Below are positions 9,794 to 20,013 of a stretch of 20,013 bases of DNA, in pieces. The notes under the pieces are model-generated. The model made no database searches. It saw nothing but the letters and a program-made list of their open reading frames with translations, and had not been told where the DNA came from. Within the stretch, counting starts at the first letter, position 1, and each line of letters opens with the position of its first letter. Made by a program: the position numbers and the translations under genes. The DNA comes from Paraspadella gotoi. Lineage: Eukaryota; Animalia; Chaetognatha. The stretch spans positions 1 through 20,013 of the forward strand of contig JBJCIZ010000760.1 in the NCBI GenBank assembly GCA_051294375.1, given 5' to 3'.

Positions 9794-12374
9794 TTTGTTT
9801 ATATGTTTTTTTATTATAAAGAAAACAGCGACGAAGATTATGTTAGTAATCAACTGGGAATCCGCAGAAGACTCGTATTCCTTAAGAATATCATGGTTTT
9901 TTTAGTCAGTTTATATTGCAGAGGGGCCACAACATCAATGTTCCGGTTCCAAAGCCTTCGCACTTTCCCGTTTTGTTGTCTGGAGAGGGGAAGATTTTTT
10001 GCACTATAGGGCGGTTTCACTGTACAATTGCACTTCGGATCGGATTTCCTTGTTTTTTGAGGATTCTTTTTTTCTCTTTGACTTTGAGAATTGCTTATTG
10101 TTATTACGTAAGTTTAGGTGCGCTTTTGTATTAATGACTTGTGACGGTTAGAGTTTATTCTGAATAAAATAAACTTCTTCGTCATAAACGGTACGAAGAA
10201 CAGCAACAAAATAAAAAAAATAAAGAAAATAAAAAAAAGAGCAAAAAAATACGGTACTTACGGTTCACTTTTCGGGTTAAGAAACCCGAATTTTTAGTGA
10301 ACACCAAGGTACTTCAAGATTAGAGGAAAGTCAACCCGAAGAGATTTTTTGCCCGGTTCAGTAAAAAAAGTAGTTTTTTGTTTCTAACATTTTTAAATCG
10401 AAAGTAATCGAAAAAAAAAGAGGAGTTCAATTAGCTTTTAGTGACTATAAAAAACCAGAGCGATCCGTTCGTTTTGGTTGCCATACGTGACTTTTGTTGA
10501 GCCGCTAACGGCTTTGATTCTTTTTGCCAGTCTTGACGTAGGTTTGCCAGTCGTGCTCGCGCAAAGCAAGATCGTGACAAATCCAGTATCGATGTTTACA
10601 ATGGAAGGTGAGAGTCAAACATTGTTTTAAAAAAATATAGATTTAATTATAGTCCCTTGACTTTTATTCATCCAACCAATTTATTTCGATAGGCAATAAA
10701 TAAAAATAAAATATGCGTTCGGTGACGACGCTAAATATTTTTCTTTCGTGTTTATGTCGGTTTAGATATATCGTTTAATTGCCGCTAATTTTTTTTTCCG
10801 GAGTGATAAAATAAAATTATTAAAGGAGATACATGGCCTGCTGATCAATTCTTAGATTTCAGGATTATTATCAGTACCTCGTTAATTAACGGCGTTATCA
10901 AATTAAAAGGGCAATTCGTTTTTATTAACAATGATACGAATAAAAGTACATATATTAAAATTTACTTTCCTGGGTGACTTCTACAATGAGATGGTCGCTC
11001 GAAAATTATACGACTTTTATTTAGAGCGAGATGCAATAACGGGTCAAGAAATTGGGCTAATTCTCAGGAAGGTAATATGAACTTAAACCTTGTTACGGGA
11101 TATTTTCTTCTGAGCTTCGACAAAATCAATAAATGTGCACACATAAATGATTGAAGTTGGATTTTTTTAATACGTCTATTTTTTAAAAAGAGAAGTTTTT
11201 TAAAACTATATAAATAAAATCAAAGCCGTGATAACAAAAAGCGAACCCAATTGAAACTTATTCACTTTTAAAATCGGTGTACATGAATGCACACGAGGGT
11301 GTATAACACAAATTGTTCCCCGAATTTTTTTCGTCGCGGTTAAGAGATCATGGGACCCCATCCGGTTTCGGAATCGATGGAGAAACTTGGCATGAAACGA
11401 ACAAAAACAAATCTCATTACACACATTTCAAAATTAAAAAAAAACAAATTCATTTGAAATTATAATGAAATTTTTTATTCATTCATTATATCATTTCGTG
11501 ATATTTCGTGGTTTTTTCCTTTTTTTTAATTAAAATTTTTTTTTGACCGTAGTGAAAAAAGTAGGTTTTTAACTTTTTTAATTCCATCCCAGCGAACTTT
11601 GCTTTACCTTAACCGGGATCGCGTGCTAAAGACGCCGACTAACGAAACTGGATCCCATAGAACGTTATTAAGGATTGAAAAAAAAGGCAAGATCGCAAAG
11701 AATAAATAAAAAATATGAAAAAAGTGAGAAAATCTCGAGAAAAATCTGATCATTATTCATGGATTCAGGAAATCGTTAATGTCCGGAAATTTGTTGTCGA
11801 CGGCGAGAACGACTAGAAAGAATTGGGGCGGGGAGCGATCGGTGTTCCGTCTTCTAATCATCGGCCTTGCAATAACTACAAACAGAGATGCATGAAGGCA
11901 ATCTACCATAACGAAGACCTCATTAACGACGACGAGTCAACGCGAGTAGATATAACGAAACAGTTATAACTGACAGTTTTCATTTAGCGGACATCGGGGT
12001 CAAGGGTTAAACGAGACGTTAATTAGTCTCGACACCCGGACGCCCGGGCGCCGTGGATTTCATACAAGCGGATCGTCCATTTCCGGAACATTTCTATTTT
12101 CCTAGAGACTCATTTCCTCCCTCCTTCCGTCGTTCGTAGCGATCCAGACTTGTCTTTTTGCGTGACATAAGTTCATGGAGTTTTTTTTTTTAGTATTTCA
12201 TGGGCCAATCTGCGTTAGTGGAACAGCTCGATTCAAACACGCGAATTTATTCGATTCCAGTAAATGACATAAGTTTTTTTATAAAGCTAAAAACCGAAAT
12301 TTTGTTCAACATTTTTTAAGAATGCGGCGATAAAGCGACGCTATTTGCGGTTCGGGCGCTGAAACGACGCGATC

Positions 12375-13051
12375 ATGGGCTGCTCGGTCAGCTTGGACGA
12401 ACGGGCGGCCATGAATAAGTCGAGGACCATAGAGAAAACTTTGGAAAACGACAGGAAACGAAGTCAGAGGGACGTCAAGTTGTTGTTGTTGGGTGAGTTG
12501 AAGTTTTCAATCTGACCGAAACTTTCGATGAACTGGAATTTGAAAGGGGAGTACACGGGCGATCGATATTTTTATGTTTGTGTAAAATTGTTTGAATTGT
12601 AACATGTGTTTTCATACGGAAGAACTGCTGTGTTTGACGTCGATAATACAATGAAAAAGCGCAGGTGTCTATGGATCGCAAAGGTGAGGGGTGTTGTGTT
12701 TGGAGGCGATGAGGAAGCGTGGGTACTGGGTAGAGTCGAGTTGAGGGAGACAAAGCGATCTTTAATGGCTAAACTTACTTTACTTTACTTTACTTTACTT
12801 TACTCGCCACTTCAAATAAAACATTTAACCTTATTCGACAGACTTTTGCTTCAGTTCATTTTCTCCCAAAACCTTTAAACTGGTCCTTACAATTTTTTAC
12901 TTAGGTTCTGGCGAATCGGGCAAGAGCACCATCGTCAAGCAGATGAAGATCATTCACGACACGGGTTTTACCAAGGAGGATCTCATGAGATACCGTCCAG
13001 TCATTTACTCAAACACTATACAGTGCCTCGCCGCCATTCTTAGGGCCATGG
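12375..13051 (+). CDS. GNAO1: Heterotrimeric G-protein alpha subunit, Gi/o class (Go-like), exons 1-2 only (12375-12492, 12905-13051)
   Basis: Spliced translation [40 protein letters not shown]|[48 protein letters not shown]. MGCxxS acylation motif; exon 1 is 118 coding nt ending in phase 1 as in vertebrate GNAI/GNAO genes; gtgagt donor, ttag acceptor, gtaggt donor. Exact orthology (Go versus a divergent Gi/o paralog) is not certain. Confidence 0.92.
12773..12804 (+). repeat. (ACTTT)n pentanucleotide microsatellite in G-alpha intron 1
   Basis: acttactttactttactttactttactttact. Confidence 0.85.
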
Positions 13052-13432
13052 GTAGGTTGTAAATATCCTCCGTTTAACGAAACAGAACATAAAACAATGT
13101 TGCCAAAAACCATGTATATTTATTTATGTTTGTAAAAACTACAACAAAATCTTGTTAAAAAAATCTTAAAGAATAGTGATCTCGCCAGACGTTACTATCA
13201 AAGAAAACATCGAATGCTGCAGTCGCCGGCTTTATCTGACAACAAATACGATCTATTTATTTTGAAATGAACCTTGCTCGATCACTTGACCTTTTTTCGG
13301 ATCCCAAACTTTGTATATAACAAGATCAGACTGGTTTTAGAAAAGCTTCTGGTTCGATCTCTGTTTTGAACATTTTGAATACTGGTGTTTTATCTTGTTA
13401 ATTGATATTATTTAATTTTCCATTTTGTGTAG

Positions 13433-14368
13433 GGCCGAAGAAAAAAAGGTACCATGGACACGTTGGAGATAGCAATAGACCAAGGTGAGACGTTTTCAGG
13501 ACTTATGAAAAAAAAAAGCAAACATGTAATTTTAACTTTTAACCATCAGTCGGAGAGACTTCGGGAACGGACGAACGGAGAGTCTACGGACGGGACGAGT
13601 CGACCGACGGAACGCCCTTCTCATTACGAACCGAGGACCGATTCGGGCTCCGGTCAGAATCGACAATGGAACCAACCTGCGCATTCTATTTATTTGTAAT
13701 TATCTTCACGCCAAAATGAATAAATTTTATTTTTCTTATTTATTACAAATTTGTCATCACTTTATGATGAATGAACTTGCACAATTTCATAGTGTCTACG
13801 GCGGCGCGATGAAGCTTCTTGACTTTTATCTTCGATTGGCTCGTCGCCGTGCGAAACCGGCAGCTCTCAGTACAGCGACAGGATTTTTGGCAACGTTCCT
13901 CATCTTGGAAGAAATATCGGTCAGTGAAATAATTTTTTGAATGTAATGGTAAATTGGAAGATTGGGAGTTCATTTGACTAGTGATGTTTTAAACTCGGTT
14001 ACTTGTCTTTAGGTTTCGTCATGGTGCCGCCATGAATGCTGGTAGCGGATTTCGCCGTCGCACTGCCGAATTTGAGGCTTTGAACCTGGGTCCGAATTCC
14101 TTGGCATTCTGCTGTCTCCGCGGCCACAATGAAGACCATCTGGCCTCAGGATTAAATTTTTCAGAGCCTTCCAAGGATCAGTGAGTCTTCGCTTTTAGTA
14201 AGATCAAACATCCAAGAATGGTTGCATTCCTTTCACTCCTTGCTGGCAGATGGGGCCTCCTCAATGCGGACCCTGAAATCAATAGAATGACGAAATGGCT
14301 GCTGGAAGCCGATGTTTGGTGGCCAAGTGGAATGCGGCCCGCAAATGTTTCTGACTTGCCTCAATTAG
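13433..14368 (+). other. Chain of five putative exons of unknown product (13433-13484, 13550-13695, 13793-13919, 14013-14180, 14250-14368)
   Basis: Each GC-richer block is bounded by an AG acceptor and a GT donor (gtgaga, gtaatt, gtcagt, gtgagt, gtaagt), with 65-97 bp introns. The last two splice in frame to FRHGAAMNAGSGFRRRTAEFEALNLGPNSLAFCCLRGHNEDHLASGLNFSEPSKDQWGLLNADPEINRMTKWLLEADVWWPSGMRPANVSDLPQL. No family recognised. Confidence 0.55.
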
Positions 14369-14440
14369 GTAAGTGTATATATTATAAAGTGGAAGAATGT
14401 TAGGCAGTTTTCTCAATTTAAATATATGTGCATTGGAGCA

Positions 14441-15040
14441 ATAAGGCGTAGTGAAAGTTACATACGAAAATTCTAAAGTCAATATGAACAACTACCATCA
14501 GTGAACATTAATTTGTAAAAAAAATTAATTTATGTTTTTTAATTTTCGCAGTAGGCTATATTATATATAGTACTTATTATAAATCGAAAAATTCAAAATA
14601 GGCTTTTCTTAATTTTGATTGCAGATTTGAATTGATCAAAAGAAAACATATAAATCATTTTTTAAAAATTCTATCATTAAGTGGGTTAAAAATTAAAAAA
14701 AAACTATATTTAATATATAGAAAAGTTACATTTTCAGCTTAAAATATAGCTTTTTCTAATTTTTGACCCACTTAATGAAGAATTTTTAAAAAAGAATTAT
14801 ATTTGCTTTTATCAACTTTTTATGACGAATCCAAATCTGCAAAAAAAATCTTAGAAAAACGTTTTGAAATTTTAACATTTATTGTTTAATACTAGTATAA
14901 ATATGGCCTACTGGCGTAAATTGTAAAATTTATTATAAATTTTTTTTATTACATAAATGTTCATTAATATAATGTTGTTCGTTCCCTCATTTTTAGAATT
15001 TTAATTTAAATTAAATTTAGAAATTTTTACTACGCCTTAT
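14441..15040. mobile_element. Foldback/MITE-like non-autonomous DNA transposon; ~600 bp imperfect palindrome
   Basis: ATAAGGCGTAGT (14441-14452) / ACTACGCCTTAT (15029-15040); internal mirrored blocks CAGTAGGC 14549 / GCCTACTG 14906, GCAGATTTG 14621 / CAAATCTGC 14832, TCATTAAGTGGG 14674 / CCCACTTAATGA 14767; centre ~14726; GAGCAA repeated at both ends (14436-14441, 15041-15046). Confidence 0.85.
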
Positions 15041-15129
15041 GAGCAATGGAGTAGATATATCTGATCTCTTGAGACGCCTCTTCCAAGCCAAGGGGCATAT
15101 CGGATTTCCTCACAAATAGAGGTTCCCCC

Positions 15130-15711
15130 CCAGGACTCGCCCATAAGCTCAATCTCATCGATTTATATCTCTATCCTGACCTCCGTCCTCTGGCTGGCCC
15201 GATCCCTCGTCTCCCTCCACGCCCCATCTACGCCGTAATCCCGCGAAACTCCCACGGATTTCGCCGGCGCGCTCGTCCTCGTCGTCGCCGTCGCCTTCTT
15301 CGTCCTGGCCGGCGTCATCGCCGGGCCGTTTTCTCCTTGAGAGCGAGCGAGACGGCGTCTTCGTCCGCATCGGCCGCTTCGCCGACGAAGAATCGGCGCC
15401 CGGTTGCTCTTCATCTGCGTCGTTCTGCGCTGATACTGACGATCCTGTCGCTGGCCTCGGTGCGCACCTTACATTCGGCGTAGTTCGATACGACGCCGGA
15501 CCATCTGCTCCGTGGCCACGCCCATGTCGGACGTGATGCTCCTGCGTAGATTCAGCCGTCGTCTCGCTGACGCTTTCGTCAACGCGTTTCTCGTCCATTT
15601 TCTCGTTTATCCGCGACAACTACCCGGACGACGACTCCGATCTTTCTAGCCGGAACGGACCCACACGCTTCGGACGAGGACCTGAGATTCCCGGGCCAGA
15701 AGGATTTTAAG
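15130..15711 (+). CDS. Putative exon of a multi-pass membrane protein, frameshifted
   Basis: GC-rich block ending in an AAG|gtgagc donor at 15711/15712; hydrophobic stretches DFAGALVLVVAVAFFVLAGVIAG and LFICVVL / LILTILSLASV / HLTFGVV in shifting frames. Start not defined. Confidence 0.4.
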
Positions 15712-18700
15712 GTGAGCCTTTTTCGCTAAACCTGCTTTCTCCACAGTTTAACCCTTTTATTCACGATTCATTTTCTGTTTTTAATTTTTTTTAAAAACGG
15801 CTCTTATCAACCTTCGAATGTTATTCCACAATTTTTCAAACTTTGACGCTTTTCGCCTTCCCCGTGTGAGAAGCCTGGTATTTTTGGGCAATAATTCGAG
15901 ATTCCCACGTTTTTTACTCCTCTTCATCCATCTCGATGTCGCTCTAATTATCCGAGGACAATCTTTGTCCTCGTTTCAAAGTTAAACATTTGTCTCCAAT
16001 GATTTTTTTTTTTTTGACCGTTTTGACAGTTTAATTTTTTTTTTGAAAAATACGGGCAAATTACCACCGGAAAAAATTTGTCTCCAAACGCCATTATAAT
16101 TTCCGAAGCCAGAGGGAGAGTCCTGCAAACATGTTGGGCAATCAGTTCACCTGCGTTCCTCTCAGATCGCGAAAGGACACTCTTGGAACTGCTGATCTGT
16201 CCATTGGGTCCTGGTTGGTAATGGAACCCTTTCCGCGGCCCCTTCTCATGCATTCTCGTGCTCACCTTCAGGGAGCCTTGCACGGAAACGTCGATGTACA
16301 GAGGTGCTATTTACATCGACCTGTGATCGCCAAGAGCAAACTCTACTTTGTGACAGAATGAAGAATGAGGTTACACGATCGATCTTAATTCAAATATTTT
16401 GCAAGAGAAAATAATCTTTGATATCTAAAACGATTGGTCGGCAGTGTTTGTTGGGAAGAACTTCCATAGCCGAATTGACCGACATTCGAAGAGGACAAGT
16501 GTCTTAAGGCAAAGCGACCGCGGCTCAAATGTTGATCAACTGGGTTAGCTTGATTATACGTATCTATATTAAGTTTAATCTTTAAGATTAATAAGTTCAA
16601 CTCCTTTTCACTCCGGATCAGATTGACGTACCGAAGGAAGATCCGCGACGAAAATCTCGCACGCCCCTCCTCTCTCAACTCGTTCGCCCGGGGAAACGAG
16701 ATGCGAGTCTCCCACAAAACTGCGCGCATGTACCTCGACTCGAAGAAGCTGCGCCGGCGCCGTCCCAGAGTAAAGCGCCGAGCAGCACAGTACCGTTCCA
16801 GACTCTCTCGCTCTGTGGGCCCCGACGCCGGCTGCCGTTTATCGTCACTCCCTGCGCTTTTGGCCTGGCGGAAGCCGTTCATTACTCACACGCCCCGCTT
16901 GTCCCGACCGGTTCAAATCACTTTTTGCCACATCAAAGGAAGGTTACGCCTTCGAACAGTAGTATCGTATCGTCGATGAATTCAAATTTATTGGAGTAAG
17001 ATCAGGACTGGAAAGTCCCTAATCTTTTTGGTTATGACCCTTAGGTCGATGAGTTTATCGAATTTTTCCGACGGCCCAAGAAACGCTGCGTCGACCGACA
17101 TCGGGATTCTTGCGGAGATTTATATCTGCAGAAATGGAATTGGCATTTCACATTTGAGAATATCTGGCAGCCACATGAGGAACAACACGGCATGAGCTTA
17201 CGAAAGACATCATTAATCATATTTTAAAAAAAAACTAATTTTTTCAAGGGGGATTTGGGAATTTTCCACGTATTTTGTATGGATTTGAATTATTAAGTAA
17301 AATTAAATTGTAATTCTTAATGTTAAAAATTTGTATTAAACCCAGTTTTTCCATGGGAAAAAAAAAAAGCGTTTTGGACGCCTCAGCACGCGTAAAGGAA
17401 TGACTGCGTTATGCAATATCTCCTTTCGTCGTGGAAGAGTACGTAAAGAAAAGAGCCAATGCTAGCCGTTGGTGTGGATTCTTAACGACGGCTGGAGCCA
17501 AGCTATTCAGTAAATAAAAATTCATATTATGGCCGGGTTGCCTGTGATGCCCATCTTCATGCATCTACTGTGTTGGTTGGGAGCTTCCGACCCTCAGTGA
17601 CTCCTCCTGTCGCGCGGTTTACCTTAGATGGTCTCTTTTTGCAGAGAAGTCGTAGGGACTCGTGGATGGAACACAATGCCTGGGATGGTGCTTTCCTCTC
17701 TTAAGCCAATGCTAAATTGGCTGAACGATTTTGTGGATATTGATGTTGGTGTGAATATACCGCCACAAATTACTAATAATTGGGATCCAATCGTTTTCCG
17801 ATCATAGTTATTAGTTACCGGTTTTAGTAATTACAAATCTTCCACTTATACAGATTCCGTGGCAGGCGGTGAAACCCCAAACGCTACGGGAACTGCGTCG
17901 CATTTGCCTTTTCTAACCAAGCACGAACAAGACCTTCTGTTCAACGACCCTTCATATTTGCAATTGCGACAATTGCTTGGAGCTTATCTTTTGCAAATAC
18001 ATCACTCCAGAACAGAGAAAAGATTTGGGGAGGAAAAAGTTCCCGGGACTGCGACGAAAAATTTACCAAGATTTCAGTTTAAAGGCGAGGAAGATTTGTT
18101 GTGATCAAGAATCTTATGAAATAACGAAAAGCGTTTCCCTGTCTTTTATCGCGGACCTTGCTCATAAAAGTACAAATAAATCTATTTTTTTTCTCCCTGA
18201 CTTTTGATCAGGCTTGGTGGTTTTAAGGCCTCCTTCACTGTTATATTTTTTTCCTCCAGACTCTTGTTACCACTACGCAGCAAAGTCCCGGTTTGCGGAT
18301 CTATGGGGAGACGCCCCAAGAACAATGCGAAGCCAACGGCGGCCACTGGCGCGTTTGGAGACGAAACGGAGGAATGGTATCGCCGTCAAGGAATTTTCTC
18401 GTGGAGCAACCCCTCGTCACGGCGGCAAGAGTTGGATTCCGGCGCAATTCACGCGGCGACGGGGACCGAAAGAAAAAAATTCCATGCGTCACAGGAGACC
18501 TCGTAACGACTGACTCGTACGGCTCTCGCGGTTAGTAGAGAGACGACGACGATGCTACCCGGCGACTGTCTCATCACCGTTTCACGGCGACGTCATTGGG
18601 GACGCCGATTCAAAAAGACGTCAAGTTCGGCTTGGTATCCCGCCGCTGCCTCCAAATACGAGACTTTACACGTTCTTCGTGTCGAGATATTAGAAGAAAA

Positions 18701-19142
18701 CGTCATACAATGTGATAGGCCTGTTAAGCCTCGTTTCTATAATACAATCTTTATTTGACTATGTGATAAGGTCTTTCTACTTTTTATTGATTTTTACGAC
18801 GGGTCATGAAGTCGATTGAATTTAAACAATGAACATCTAAACCTTTTTCCGTGAAAGTACTTGATTTACTACTTTGATTCTTTTAATCTCGGCCAGACGG
18901 GCGAATTGCCGAATTGGGACGAGATGTTAATTCGTTTTCTGCTTCTTGTGACCGTTGGCCGCGTCGTTGTTCCACCGCCGTAATATAGCAAATCAGCCCT
19001 AAAGTATGGAACCATAAGAAGCTTGAAAATGAAATAAGGGTGTGTGTCTTTTTTATAAAACAATTTGGTTGTGCTTATGGTTCTCATCATTCCTCCACTC
19101 ATTTGTTTTTTTATTTACAAAAATAATATCTTCTGTATATAT

Positions 19143-19640
19143 CGTGGGATAAGCGCAATGTTGGGCTGAAAAGTTCTATCCGCAACTTCTTTTAACCCCC
19201 TCTTACAGCCATAGAAGTTAGTCCTGGGCTTCGGAACCAGACTTGAAGGGTTTTCCATTCCCCAAGATGGCCACCGCGTCACAAGCTGAAGGTGGTATCG
19301 CTACTGCCTTATCAGCGAGTGAACCTTACTGCAAATTCACGATTACCACATGCGCCCCCAGTAACTCATGACGTAACCTCCACCTTGCACTGCTATTCAG
19401 TAGGAGACGGAAGAGGACAATAATCTTCAGCAAGCTCTCTATGGGACTTGGAAATCAGAAGGTAGTAATCACGCCTCGACCTTAGGATGGGCCTCACCAT
19501 GTGTGGACTAAGCGCTACGCTGGAGCACTGAAAGAGTCATTATCCGCAACCTTTTTTCATCACCCCCCTCTAGGCAGCTATGAGAAACTCGGGTCCTAGC
19601 TACGAACCTAAAGGCTTGAGGGTTTTTCCACACCCACAAG
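19143..19640 (+). repeat. Diverged direct duplication of a ~125-135 bp unit (19143-19266 and 19503-19640)
   Basis: Collinear shared blocks GTGG..TAAGCGC, CTGAAA, TATCCGCAAC, ACCCCC(C)TCT, GTCCT, GAACC, CTTGA(A)GGGTTTT(T)CCA, CAAG. Confidence 0.7.
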
Positions 19641-20013
19641 GCGATTTACGGCTATATGCCCTTACGCTTCCCGGCTTAGGGTACGGTACGGGTTTGGGTG
19701 AACCCGCCCGGTACCTTATGGTCTCATAAAGCTGATTGGCTTATACTCAATGAGCCACCGGGTTATCAAAAACGAAGGTATCATGGCTTATAGGCAGGGT
19801 AACTTATGCACATTACCCGAACTACATATAATATATAGATGAGTTTTAGCTCCTACAGCGGTGTCCAGTTTCTTTCTCTTCTTTTCTCTCTCTCTCTCTT
19901 TTAATTATATATCTCTTCTTTTTTTTTTTCGTTCAACAGGCTTCTGATTCGTAAAAACGAGTTCGCCTGCGTTGTCCAGCTTCTCTCTACATATCTTTTC
20001 CTTTAAATATTAA

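Noticed and set aside
10545-10567. Minus-strand GCTTTGCGC resembling the U4 snRNA 5' end
   Set aside because: Similarity stops after 9 nt; no U4 kink-turn stem or Sm site.
16630-17125. Faint TMEM132-like impression (AK.GVTI...W)
   Set aside because: Too few matching residues and dependent on assumed frameshifts.
143-19102. Most ORF-track entries as stand-alone prokaryote-style genes
   Set aside because: The DNA is intron-containing and eukaryotic; the ORFs are antisense or off-frame readings of exons or chance frames. Only parts of 1003-1188, 5796-6074, 7770-8232, 8927-9268 and 14218-14403 carry plausible coding text.
1-20013. CRISPR array, tRNA or rRNA genes
   Set aside because: No regularly spaced identical repeats, cloverleaf with A/B boxes, or conserved rRNA motifs were seen.

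Overview
Eukaryotic (metazoan, probably invertebrate) genomic DNA with short AT-rich spliceosomal introns and GC-richer exons, so the supplied ORF track mostly cuts across exons and is largely spurious. From left to right: (1) a highly degenerate non-LTR retrotransposon (APE endonuclease + RT) on the minus strand, ~410-3560, interrupted by a ~620 bp insertion; (2) an approximately 15-exon KIF12-like (kinesin-16 type) gene on the minus strand, ~3750-9793, in which the main motor motifs are recognisable but broken by many 1-nt indels, more likely noisy long-read sequence than true decay; (3) two U5 snRNA genes nested co-directionally in the two largest kinesin introns, each with an ATGCAAAT octamer ~230 bp upstream and each lacking a canonical Sm site; (4) the first two exons of a G-protein alpha (Go/Gi class) gene on the plus strand (12375-13051), with no further G-alpha exons in the window but followed by five phase-compatible orphan exons; (5) a ~600 bp foldback/MITE-like palindrome (14441-15040); (6) several unassigned exon-like GC-rich blocks and a diverged short duplication near the end. 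All identifications are by eye from remembered family motifs; no database search was run.
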